39,245 bases of DNA from Rhodospirillales bacterium Alpha_05 (GTDB lineage Bacteria; Pseudomonadota; Alphaproteobacteria; Rhodospirillales; Rhodospirillaceae), in the NCBI GenBank assembly GCA_001603335.1, contig LUYR01000627.1, positions 1 to 39,245 of the forward strand, in the 5' to 3' direction. Below, one piece after another: positions 1 through 8,292 of this stretch. Position 1 is the first letter of the stretch, and each line of letters starts with the position of its first letter. Position numbers and translations under genes: made by a program. Under the pieces are notes generated by a model. That model worked only from the letters and a program-made list of their open reading frames with translations, did no database searches and was not told where the DNA came from.

Positions 1-2
1 TC

Positions 3-1844
3 CGATCTGTTGGCCATGGTGCCGCGCACCCGCACCAGCCCGGCGGTCGCCTGGGTGATGCCGATGCTCGGGCCCTTGGGCGCCGGGTTGACGCCGATGT
101 CGAGCGCCTCGGTCTTCAAGTTGACGCCGCCGCCGACGCCGACGTTGAACGCGTCGGTCTCCGCCGCGATGCCGCGCCCGAAGTCGACGATGCCGTCCTT
201 GACCGGGAAGCGCACCACCATGCAGCTCAGCACCGTCTTTTGCCGCGTCGTGAAGCCGCTGTCCAGCATCGTCAGGCCCGACATCGCCCAGTCGCCGATC
301 GCCTTCCTCAGCTCGGCGTTGACCACTTCGGTGCGTCCGGCGTCGAAGGAGACGGTGCCGTTCAGCGCCGCCATCAGTTCGCGCACCGAATTGCCGTGGG
401 ATTTCAGGTGTACGTCGGACGCGGTCGGGCCGCCTGAGGCCATCTGGGTCATGTTCATTTCCGCCGCGACGGTGCCGAGGTTGACGTCCTTGGTGGTGAA
501 GTCGGCGACGAGCGCGGCGGGCTTGCCCGGGGAACGGGCGTCGAGGTTGACCTTGGCTTCCGCCTGGCCGCCGCCGATGCCGAAGGTTTCATGGTAGTCG
601 AGGACGCCGTCCTGGATCGTCATGCGGAGCTGTACGTCGTGCATCGTCACGCCCTTGGGCAGGGTGAGGGTGCCGGTGCCGAGCTTGAAGTCGACGTCCG
701 CCGCGCGCAGCCCGTCGAGCGGCAGCGGATCGGCGGGGAACACACGATCCGACGGCTTGGCCGGAGTCGCAGGAGCGGCGGGGGCGCCGTCGGCCTTCTT
801 GCCGCCGACCGCTTCAAGCAGCTTCGGCACGTCGACCGCGTCCGCGCCCGCGTCGAAGGCGATCTTCGGCTTCTTGCCGCCGAGATCGGCGGTCGCGTTA
901 AAGTAGATGTCGGGTCCGGCGAGCTTCAACACACCGTCCTGGAGGCGGTAGCCGTTCGCGCCGATGGTCTTCAAATCGCCCTTGATCGCGAGCGGCGGCA
1001 CCGCCGAGAGGTCGACGCCGAAGGCCTTCGCCACCTTGTCGTACGCCTTGGCGTCGACGCTGAACTTCATCGCCACGTCCTTGGCATCCTGCGGCTTGCC
1101 GATGGTGCCGTCGGTCGAGAGGTCGATGCCGGGCACGGTGACGCTGAGCTTGGCGGTGGTCGGATGGTTGTTGATCAGCGCGTCGACCGGGCCGAGCTGG
1201 CCCTTCGCCGCGATCGGCAGGTCGTTGTAGACCATGTCGAGAGTGAGCTTGAGCGGATCGCTGAAGTTCTTCGCGTCGGCCTGGAGGTTCTTCACCTCCA
1301 CCGCGAGCTTCTGGCCGGTGACCGCGTCGTCGAGGTTGACCTTAGTATTGACGATGTCGATGCCGCGGATCGCGATCTTCGGCGCGGGGCCGGACGCGTC
1401 GGCAGGCTTGGCGGTCATCGCCGGTCCGGTCATCGCGGTCGGGTCGGATTTCGGCGCCAGATCCCAGGTGGCGCTGCCGTCCTTGCGACGCTCGAGATTC
1501 ACCGTGGTGTCGTGGATCACCAGCTTGTTGATCTGGTAATCGCCGGAAAGCGCCGGGATCAGGGCGATCTCGGCCTCCGCCCGACCGATCTGGGCGAGCT
1601 TGGGCGATTTCGCCCAAGTCGGGTTGGAGATTTCGACGCCCTCGATCACCACCGCCGGGGAAAACGAGATCTTGAGCTTCATCGGCCCGGTGATCGCCAC
1701 CTTGCGGCCGGTGGCGTCCTCCGCCGCCTTGATGATCGTCCCACGATACGATTCGATGTCGAGCGAGGCGAGCACGCCATACGCCGCCACCGCACCGATT
1801 ACCACCACACCGGCTACTATCTTGGCGACGCGCCCGAATTTCAT
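3..1844 (-). CDS. AsmA family protein, 3' end truncated by window edge
   Basis: Absent from the ORF track, consistent with having no stop in the window. ATG at 1844 with AAGGAGG 8 nt upstream. Reads MKFGRVAKIVAGVVVIGAVAAYGVLASLDIESYRGTIIKAAEDATGRKVAITGPMKLKISFSPAVVIEGVEISNPTWAK..., i.e. an N-terminal TM anchor then the AsmA-like 'ATGR.v.i.G...l...P.v....v.isNP.W' pattern. The same frame reads ...VRGTMAN at the left edge. Confidence 0.85.
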   Translation of the reverse strand, partial: MKFGRVAKIVAGVVVIGAVAAYGVLASLDIESYRGTIIKAAEDATGRKVAITGPMKLKISFSPAVVIEGVEISNPTWAKSPKLAQIGRAEAEIALIPALSGDYQINKLVIHDTTVNLERRKDGSATWDLAPKSDPTAMTGPAMTAKPADASGPAPKIAIRGIDIVNTKVNLDDAVTGQKLAVEVKNLQADAKNFSDPLKLTLDMVYNDLPIAAKGQLGPVDALINNHPTTAKLSVTVPGIDLSTDGTIGKPQDAKDVAMKFSVDAKAYDKVAKAFGVDLSAVPPLAIKGDLKTIGANGYRLQDGVLKLAGPDIYFNATADLGGKKPKIAFDAGADAVDVPKLLEAVGGKKADGAPAAPATPAKPSDRVFPADPLPLDGLRAADVDFKLGTGTLTLPKGVTMHDVQLRMTIQDGVLDYHETFGIGGGQAEAKVNLDARSPGKPAALVADFTTKDVNLGTVAAEMNMTQMASGGPTASDVHLKSHGNSVRELMAALNGTVSFDAGRTEVVNAELRKAIGDWAMSGLTMLDSGFTTRQKTVLSCMVVRFPVKDGIVDFGRGIAAETDAFNVGVGGGVNLKTEALDIGVNPAPKGPSIGITQATAGLVRVRGTMANRS

Positions 1845-2199
1845 GGTCATGACCTCCTTGAGACGGCGATTTGGCTTCGCCCTGACGATTCCCGCCCGCG
1901 TTGCGCGGGCCTTTTTGATCTAGGCACGATTCCCGTGTCCTGCACCCCCACCGCCACGGCGCAGGCCCGCTCCGCCTTTTAGCGCACCGAGGGCTAAGCC
2001 CTTGACTCCGATTTGCCTTATTTTCGCCCTGCCGGAGCGGGTAGGTTGCCACATTTCGAGTGAATTGGATTAATTTCGGCCTTTTCAAGACCTCCAAACT
2101 GGATTTTTTTCATATGCTTATCAACGTTTTATCCCAAAACTGCGCCGCCGCCCAGGAATGATGCGGGCTCTAATCTGCCACGTTTTCGCCCTATTCGCC

Positions 2200-2228
2200 T
2201 TTACATTTAAGGCGGACTGCACTAACCA
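2200..2228 (+). promoter_or_regulatory. Candidate sigma70 promoter for the DASS transporter
   Basis: TTTACA (2200-2205), 17 nt spacer, TAACCA (2223-2228), about 100 nt upstream of the ATG in an AT-richer intergenic region. The -10 lacks the final T. Confidence 0.4.
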
Positions 2229-2331
2229 TTGGCCCGGGAAAAGATCCGCTATTCACCGCCTGGGGACTACCCGCTGCGGAGGATCTTGGGGCTTTCAACA
2301 CAGAGAAAATTTCCGTTTTCTGGGGGCCAGA

Positions 2332-3873
2332 ATGACTCATTCTGCTAGTAGTGCTCTCGTCGCGTCAGAAGGGATGACCGGCGACCGTAAGAAGCAAGTT
2401 ATTGGTTTGTTCCTGGGTGTGGCGTTCCTGCTCTACACCCTGTTCACCACCCCGCCGGAAGGCATCAGCGTCACCGCCTGGAAGACCATCGGCGTGACCC
2501 TGCTGATGGCGACCTGGTGGATGCTCGAGGCGATTCCGATCGCCGTCACCGCGCTCGTGCCGCTGGTGCTGTTCCCCGCCTTGGGCGTGGTCTCGGCCAA
2601 GGCCGTCGCGCCGAACTACGCGAACGACCTGATCTGGCTGTTCGTCGGCGGCTTTGCCCTCGCCTACGCGATGGAAACCTGGAACCTGCACCGTCGCGTT
2701 TCGCTGATCGTGCTGAAGGTTTGCGGCACCAACCCGAAGATGCTGATCCTGGGCTTCATGGCCGCCACCGGCTTCCTCTCGGCGTGGATGTCCAACACCG
2801 CCTGCGCGGCGCTGATGATGCCGATCGGCATGGCGATCGTGAAGATGGTGCAGGAAGGCGACCGGCGCTCGGAAATCGAGAAGAAGGCCGCGATCAACTT
2901 CGGCATCTGCGTGATGCTCGGCATCGCCTTCTCGTCGTCGATGGGCGGCATGGCCACCCTGATCGGCACGCCGCCGAACGCGGTGATGGCCGGCCAGGTG
3001 ATGCAGATGACCGGCACCGCCGTGCCGTTCGCCAACTTCATGATGGTTGGTGGCCCGATCGGCGTCGCCCTGATCGCGATCACCCTCTGGCTGCTGCCGG
3101 CGATGTTCCCGATCAAGGCGCTCGACCTCTCCGCCGCCGGCGCGATCGTCGACGAAGAGCTCGAGAAGCTCGGCCCGATGACGCGTGGCGAAATCACCAC
3201 GATGATCCTGTTCGTCGGCACCGCGCTGGCCTGGATCCTGCGTCCGCAGCTGCTCTCGCTGCTGCCGTCGGTCGAGGTTGCCGGCAAGATCACCCCGCTG
3301 GCGAAGATGATCACCGACTCGACCATCGGCATGACCGCGCTGCTGCTCTGCTTCGTCGTTCCGGTGGACTTCAAGCGCGGCCGCATGGTGCTCGACACCA
3401 GCCTGTTCACCAAGGGTATTCCGTGGGACGCCATCCTGCTGTTCGGCGGCGGGTTCGCGCTCGGCGGTGCTCTGTCGAAGTCGGGCGTGACCGAATACGT
3501 TGCCGGTCAGATGCAGGCCCTCGCGGGCATGAGCTCGATCGTGATCATGGCGGTCCTGGCGCTGGTGGCGATGCTGCTCACCCAGATGACCTCGAACACC
3601 GCGGTGGCCGCGACCTTCGTGCCGCTGTCGATCTCGATCGCCCAGGGTCTCGGCGTTTCGCCGCTCCTGATGGCGATTCCGGTCGCCCTCGGCGCGTCCC
3701 TCGCCTTCGCGCTGCCGGTGGCGACGCCGCCCAACGCGATCGTGTTCGGCTCGGGGTTGATCCGCGTGCCCGACATGTTCAAGTCCGGCTTCACCCTCTG
3801 CCTCATCGGTATCGTGATCTCGATCGCCGTGATGTACGTGATGATGCCGATCGCCTTCGGTGTGAAGGTCTGA
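2332..3873 (+). CDS. DASS/SLC13 family sodium:dicarboxylate (or sulfate/citrate) symporter
   Basis: Multi-TM protein with both SNT motifs (WMSNTAC, MTSNTAV), IGTPPNAV and LPVATPPNAIVFG. The ORF-track start at 2158 is probably too far upstream; ATG 2332 chosen, 2374 is an alternative. Confidence 0.9.
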   Translation: MTHSASSALVASEGMTGDRKKQVIGLFLGVAFLLYTLFTTPPEGISVTAWKTIGVTLLMATWWMLEAIPIAVTALVPLVLFPALGVVSAKAVAPNYANDLIWLFVGGFALAYAMETWNLHRRVSLIVLKVCGTNPKMLILGFMAATGFLSAWMSNTACAALMMPIGMAIVKMVQEGDRRSEIEKKAAINFGICVMLGIAFSSSMGGMATLIGTPPNAVMAGQVMQMTGTAVPFANFMMVGGPIGVALIAITLWLLPAMFPIKALDLSAAGAIVDEELEKLGPMTRGEITTMILFVGTALAWILRPQLLSLLPSVEVAGKITPLAKMITDSTIGMTALLLCFVVPVDFKRGRMVLDTSLFTKGIPWDAILLFGGGFALGGALSKSGVTEYVAGQMQALAGMSSIVIMAVLALVAMLLTQMTSNTAVAATFVPLSISIAQGLGVSPLLMAIPVALGASLAFALPVATPPNAIVFGSGLIRVPDMFKSGFTLCLIGIVISIAVMYVMMPIAFGVKV

Positions 3874-3884
3874 TCTCAAGCTTT

Positions 3885-3908
3885 TCCGGCGGCGTTCGCG
3901 CCGCCGGA
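3885..3908 (+). other. Perfect 10-bp hairpin with UUCG loop after the DASS stop
   Basis: TCCGGCGGCG-TTCG-CGCCGCCGGA with no U-tract after it. Confidence 0.6.
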
Positions 3909-3917
3909 GCCACACAT

Positions 3918-3956
3918 AAAAAACCCCGCCGCGTCCTTCGACGCGGCGGGGTTTTT
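3918..3956. terminator. Bidirectional intrinsic terminator between convergent DASS and rluC-like genes
   Basis: AAAAAA-CCCCGCCGCGTC-CTTC-GACGCGGCGGGG-TTTTT: 12-bp GC stem flanked by A and T tracts. Confidence 0.9.
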
Positions 3957-3977
3957 CGTGGGCCCGTCCGGTTGGGC

Positions 3978-4997
3978 TCAGTAGTCGAGGTCGAACATCG
4001 GCTCGTCGCGGCCCATCACTTCCTCGAACCCGAGATCGGCGAAGGTCTTGGCGATGTGGCCGGAGAGCGGCGCGGAGACCCTGAGCACGCCGCCCGAGGG
4101 ATGGGCGATGACCAGCGCGCGGGCGTGGAGATGGAGCTGCTTAACCTTGGTCACGCCGTCCGCCGCCTCGGGCAGGAAGGCGGCCCCGCCGCCGTACTTG
4201 CCGTCGCCCAGGATCGGCGTGCCGATGTGGGCCATGTGGACGCGCAGCTGGTGGGTGCGGCCGGTGCGCGGCATCATCGCCACCCAGGCGGCGCGCTTGC
4301 GCACCACGTCGACGACGCGGAAGTCGGTGACCGCCGCCTTGCCGTCGGTTTCGTCCACCGCGACCTTCTCGACCGCGCCGAACTTGACCTTGCCGAGGGG
4401 CGCCGAGATCCGCCCCTGCATCGGCTGCGGCACGCCCGCGACGATCGCCCAATAGAGCTTCTGGGTGCGGCGCTCGCGGAACGCGGCGGTGAGCGCCTGG
4501 GCCGCGGCGCGGGTACGCGCAAGCACCAGCACGCCCGAGGTGTCCTTGTCGAGGCGGTGCACCAAACGCGGCCGCTCGTCGGAGCCGAAGCGCAGCACGT
4601 CGAGCATCGCGTCGACGTGGGTGTCGGTGCCCGAGCCGCCCTGCACCGCAAGACCGGCGGGCTTGTTCAACACCAGCACCTCCGCATCCTTGTGGATCAC
4701 GCAGGCGAGCAGCGCGGCGGCCTCGGCGTCGGTGATCTTCTTCGCCGGGGCCTTGGGCGGCACGTAACCCTCGGGGCGCGGCGCATAGGGCGGCACCCGC
4801 ACCACCTGGCCGGTGGCGACGCGGTCGCCCGCCTTCACCCGCTTGCCGTCCACCCGCACTTGGCCGGTGCGGCAGAGCTTCTCGATCTGGCCACGGCCGC
4901 AATCCGGCAGATGGCGGGCGAACCAGCGATCCAGGCGGATGCCGTCGTCGGCCGCGTCCACGGTCAGGGTCTGCACGCCCGGTTTGGTATCCTGCAT
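3978..4997 (-). CDS. rluC: RluA-family 23S rRNA pseudouridine synthase with N-terminal S4 domain (RluC-like)
   Basis: S4-like start (GIRLDRWF...RTGQVRVDGKRVKA), NKPAGLAVQGG, catalytic HRLDKDTSG, TGRTHQLRVH, PILGDGKYG and LHLHA. ATG at 4997 preceded by GAGAG. Confidence 0.85.
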   Translation of the reverse strand: MQDTKPGVQTLTVDAADDGIRLDRWFARHLPDCGRGQIEKLCRTGQVRVDGKRVKAGDRVATGQVVRVPPYAPRPEGYVPPKAPAKKITDAEAAALLACVIHKDAEVLVLNKPAGLAVQGGSGTDTHVDAMLDVLRFGSDERPRLVHRLDKDTSGVLVLARTRAAAQALTAAFRERRTQKLYWAIVAGVPQPMQGRISAPLGKVKFGAVEKVAVDETDGKAAVTDFRVVDVVRKRAAWVAMMPRTGRTHQLRVHMAHIGTPILGDGKYGGGAAFLPEAADGVTKVKQLHLHARALVIAHPSGGVLRVSAPLSGHIAKTFADLGFEEVMGRDEPMFDLDY

Positions 4998-5021
4998 CGT
5001 CTCTCGCTTGCTCAAAACTTC

Positions 5022-5045
5022 AAAAAGCCGGGGCTAGACCCCGGC
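5022..5045 (-). terminator. Intrinsic terminator-like hairpin overlapping the crcB stop codon
   Basis: Minus strand GCCGGGG-TCTAG-CCCCGGC-TTTTT; the TAG stop lies in the loop. Confidence 0.6.
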
Positions 5046-5426
5046 GACAATCTGTCGCACCAGATACAACGCAATGAACAGCGCCGCCAACCCGGCGACC
5101 ACGCTGCCCGCGATGTAGGTGAACGCCATCATCAGGTGGCCGCGTTCGATCAGCAGCGCCGCGTCGAGCGAAAAGCTCGAGAACGTGGTGAAGCCGCCCA
5201 GGATGCCGACGGCGAAGAACGCCCGCAGCTCCTGGCTCACCGAATAGCGCAGCGCGATCAGCTCGACCACCATGCCCATCAGGAACGATCCCGCGATGTT
5301 GACCAGGAGCGTGCCCCAGGGGAAACCGCTGCCCGCCCATCGGCCCACCAGGCTCATCGTCAGGTAGCGCGCCAGGGATCCCATCGCGCCGCCACCGGCC
5401 ACCGCAATCAACATCGTCAGGCTCAT
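5034..5426 (-). CDS. crcB: Fluoride export channel Fluc/CrcB
   Basis: C-terminal 130 aa of ORF 5034..6569: GGAMGSLARY, FPWGTLLVNIAGSF, GILGGFTTFSSF. The ATG overlaps the rarA TGA (ATGA). Confidence 0.95.
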   Translation of the reverse strand: MSLTMLIAVAGGGAMGSLARYLTMSLVGRWAGSGFPWGTLLVNIAGSFLMGMVVELIALRYSVSQELRAFFAVGILGGFTTFSSFSLDAALLIERGHLMMAFTYIAGSVVAGLAALFIALYLVRQIVAGV

Positions 5427-6766
5427 TCCGCGTCGTCTCCACTGGAACCGCTCTTCTCGGCACGCAGGCGGTTCCAGTACGCCAGTCGCTTGCCGATCTC
5501 CCGTTCGAACCCCCGCTCCACCGGCCGGTAGAACGTCTCGCGCGGCATCCCATCGGGGAAGTAGTTCTGCCCCGAGAAGCCCTCGGCGGTGTCGGGGTCG
5601 TACTGATACCCCGCGGAGTAGCCGAGCGCCTTCATCATCTTCGTCGGCGCGTTCAAGATGTGCATCGGCGGCATCAGCGAGCCGGTGCTTTTCGCCGCGC
5701 GTTTCGCCGCGCCGTGCGCCTTGTAGGCCCCCACCGACTTCGGCGCGGTGCCGAGGTAGATGACGAGATAGCTGAGGGCGAGGTCGCCTTCCGGCGAGCC
5801 GAGCCGGTCGTACGTCTCCCACGCCGAAATCGCCTGGGTCAGCGCGCCCGGATCGGCAAGGCCGATGTCCTCGACCGCGAACCGCGTGAGGCGGCGCAGG
5901 ATATACGCCGGATCCTCGCCGCCGTCGAGCATTCGCGCCAGCCAGTAGAGGGCGGCGTCGGTATCCGAACCGCGCAACGACTTGTGCAGCGCCGAGATCA
6001 GGTTGTAGTGACTTTCCCCGGCTTTGTCGAACACCGGCGCGCGGCGCTGTACCACGCGGGCCAAGCCGGAGGCGTCGAACACCTCGCCCTCCCCCGCCAT
6101 CGCGTAGAGCGCCTCGACCATGTTGAGCAGCATCCGGCCGTCGCCGTCGGCCATCGCCTTGAGCGCCACCCGCGCGTCGGCATCCAGCGGCAGGGCACGG
6201 CCGGTTTCGGCCTCGGCGCGGCCGAGCAGGGCTTCGAGCGCGTCGTCGTCGAGTCGCTTCAGCACCACCACCTGGCAACGCGACAGCAGCGCGGCGTTGA
6301 GCTCGAACGACGGGTTCTCGGTGGTCGCGCCGACCAGCACCACCGTGCCGTCTTCCACATAGGGGAGGAAGCCGTCCTGCTGCGCCTTGTTGAAGCGATG
6401 GATTTCGTCGACGAACAGCAGGGTGCCGCGACCGCTGGCGGCCCGCTCCGCCCGCGCGGCCTCGAACACCTTGCGCAGGTCCGCCACGCCCGAGAACACC
6501 GCGGACAGCGGCTGGAACGCGAGATCGGTGTGCGCCGCGAGGGCGCGGGCGAGCGTGGTCTTGCCGCAACCCGGCGGCCCCCAGAGGATCAACGACGGCA
6601 CCCGCCCCTGCGCGATCTGGCGGCCGAGGGGACCATCCGGCCCGAGGACGTGGTCCTGGCCGAGAATTCCCTCGATCTCCGGCGGCCGCAGGCGGTCGGC
6701 GAGCGGATGCGGCGCGGCTTTCGCGGCGCGCTTCGGCTTCGGGTCGTCGAACAGGCCGTCGCTCAT
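5423..6766 (-). CDS. rarA: Replication-associated recombination protein A (AAA+ ATPase, MgsA)
   Basis: PLADRLRP, Walker A GPPGCGKTT, Walker B LFVDEIHRFNKAQQD, ATTENPSF, ISALHKSLRGSD, EDIGLADP. Confidence 0.97.
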   Translation of the reverse strand: MSDGLFDDPKPKRAAKAAPHPLADRLRPPEIEGILGQDHVLGPDGPLGRQIAQGRVPSLILWGPPGCGKTTLARALAAHTDLAFQPLSAVFSGVADLRKVFEAARAERAASGRGTLLFVDEIHRFNKAQQDGFLPYVEDGTVVLVGATTENPSFELNAALLSRCQVVVLKRLDDDALEALLGRAEAETGRALPLDADARVALKAMADGDGRMLLNMVEALYAMAGEGEVFDASGLARVVQRRAPVFDKAGESHYNLISALHKSLRGSDTDAALYWLARMLDGGEDPAYILRRLTRFAVEDIGLADPGALTQAISAWETYDRLGSPEGDLALSYLVIYLGTAPKSVGAYKAHGAAKRAAKSTGSLMPPMHILNAPTKMMKALGYSAGYQYDPDTAEGFSGQNYFPDGMPRETFYRPVERGFEREIGKRLAYWNRLRAEKSGSSGDDAE

Positions 6767-6769
6767 GGT

Positions 6770-8209
6770 TCAGCCATCCACGGACATCGCGAGGCGCTTG
6801 CCGTCGCGGAGGATTTCGACCCGCCAGCCGCCCTGCGCGGATTTGAGCGCCTTGAGCGCGGTGGCGACCGAGTCGATCTTGGTGCGGTTGATCTTGTCGA
6901 GCATGTCGCCGGGGCGGAAGCCCAAACGCGCCGCCACCGAACCTTCGGCGAGTCGCGTGACCACCACGCCGCCTTCGCCCAAGGGAATGCCGGTGTCCTC
7001 GGCGAGCGCCGGGTTGAGATTGGAGATTTCCGCGCCGGTGAGCGGCGTGCGGCCGCCGATCGTGGTCGACTGGCGCGGCGGGGTTTCCGGCGGCTCCATC
7101 AGCTTGGCGGTGAGCTTCAAATGCTCGTCCCGGCGCAGCACGGTGAGGGTCGCGGATTCGCCCACCGGCACCGTCGCGAGGCGATAGCGCAGGCCCGCCA
7201 CGTCCTGGACGTCGCGGCCGTTGATCGCGAGCACGATATCGCCGGCGCGCAGCCCCGCGTGCGCCGCCGGACTGCCGGGATAGATCTCGCCGATGATCGC
7301 GCCGTAGGGGTGATCCATGCCGAGGCTATCGGCGACGTCGGCGGAGACGGTATTGCCGCTCGCGCCGAACCACGACCGCACCGGGCGGCCATGCGCCAGC
7401 AGGCTCTGCGCCACCGCACGCACCATCGGCGAGGGAATCGCGAAGCCGATGCCGATGCTGCCCGCGCCGCCCTTGCCGGAAAAGATCGCCGAGTTCAGGC
7501 CGACGAGGCGGCCGTGCATGTCGACCAGCGCGCCACCCGAGTTGCCGGGGTTGATCGCCGCGTCGGTCTGGATGAAGAAGCCGTAGTCGGTGACGCCCAC
7601 CGAGGTCCGCGCCAGCGCCGAGACGATCCCCGAGGTGACGGTCTGGTTGAGGCCGAACGGGTTGCCGATGGCGAGCACCAGGTCGCCGACCTCCAGGCTG
7701 TCGGCGTCGCCGAACTGGAGGTACGGCAGCGCGCGGCCGTGGGTGTCGATGCGCAGCACGCCGAGGTCGGTCTTGGGGTCGCGGCCCACCACCGTCGCCG
7801 GATACTCGCGGCGGTCGGAGAGGATCACGGTGATCTCGTCGGCGTCCTCGATGACGTGGTTGTTGGTCACGATCACCCCCGACGGATCGATGATCACGCC
7901 CGAGCCCAGCGCGCGCTCCACCCGCTCGCGCGGCACCGATTGCCCCATGCCGAACTGGTCGCCGAAGAACTGGCGGAAGAACGGGTCGTTGAGCAGCGGG
8001 TTCGGGCGGGTGCGTACGGCGACGGTCTTGCGGGTGTAGATATTCACCACCGCGGGCGCGACCGCCTTGACCACCGGCGCGAAGGATTCCTGGATCTGCG
8101 CGCGGCTCTCCGGCGGCACCCGCACTTCCTGCGCACGCGCCGGCGGCGCCGCGAGCAGCGCAAACCCCACGCACGCGATCACCAAACTCCGCAGCCCCGA
8201 ACCGGTCAT
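6770..8209 (-). CDS. Periplasmic serine endoprotease, HtrA/DegP/DegQ (Do) family, two PDZ domains
   Basis: Signal peptide ending ARA-Q, triad motifs TNNHV, DPKTDL and INPGNSGGAL, two PDZ-like regions. ATG 8209 preceded by AAGGAGAG. Confidence 0.95.
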   Translation of the reverse strand: MTGSGLRSLVIACVGFALLAAPPARAQEVRVPPESRAQIQESFAPVVKAVAPAVVNIYTRKTVAVRTRPNPLLNDPFFRQFFGDQFGMGQSVPRERVERALGSGVIIDPSGVIVTNNHVIEDADEITVILSDRREYPATVVGRDPKTDLGVLRIDTHGRALPYLQFGDADSLEVGDLVLAIGNPFGLNQTVTSGIVSALARTSVGVTDYGFFIQTDAAINPGNSGGALVDMHGRLVGLNSAIFSGKGGAGSIGIGFAIPSPMVRAVAQSLLAHGRPVRSWFGASGNTVSADVADSLGMDHPYGAIIGEIYPGSPAAHAGLRAGDIVLAINGRDVQDVAGLRYRLATVPVGESATLTVLRRDEHLKLTAKLMEPPETPPRQSTTIGGRTPLTGAEISNLNPALAEDTGIPLGEGGVVVTRLAEGSVAARLGFRPGDMLDKINRTKIDSVATALKALKSAQGGWRVEILRDGKRLAMSVDG

Positions 8210-8228
8210 GTCCCACTCTCTCCTTGCC

Positions 8229-8258
8229 AAAAGAAAAGGCGACCCGAAGGTCGCCTTT
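8229..8258 (-). terminator. Intrinsic terminator after rplQ
   Basis: Minus strand AAAGGCGACC-TTCG-GGTCGCCTTT-TCTTTT. Confidence 0.85.
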
Positions 8259-8292
8259 CCCAAACGCGCTTGAAGGCTTTCGCCTCGAAGGC

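Noticed and set aside
2037-2051. sigma54-like GG-N10-GC on the minus strand (TGGCAACCTACCCGC)
   Set aside because: Poor match to TGGCACG-N4-TTGC; this spacing arises readily by chance at this GC content.
2158-2331. N-terminal extensions given by the ORF track (DASS; also degQ, rpoA, rplF, rpsN, rplV, rplC, rpsG, rplJ, rplK, secE)
   Set aside because: They come from longest-ORF calling. Downstream starts fit known family N-termini and/or SD positions better.
5427-5520. Fluoride riboswitch upstream of crcB
   Set aside because: There is no intergenic space because crcB overlaps rarA, and I saw no riboswitch consensus.
2517-5531. 1004-aa plus-strand ORF spanning DASS, rluC and crcB
   Set aside because: An off-frame then antisense read of real genes, rich in Arg/Gly/Ala, and it runs through a strong terminator.
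5034-6569. Apparent 511-aa protein with a C-terminal Fluc domain (fusion or frameshift product)
   Set aside because: The upstream part is an alternate frame of rarA. crcB has its own ATG overlapping the rarA stop, and I saw no slippery site.
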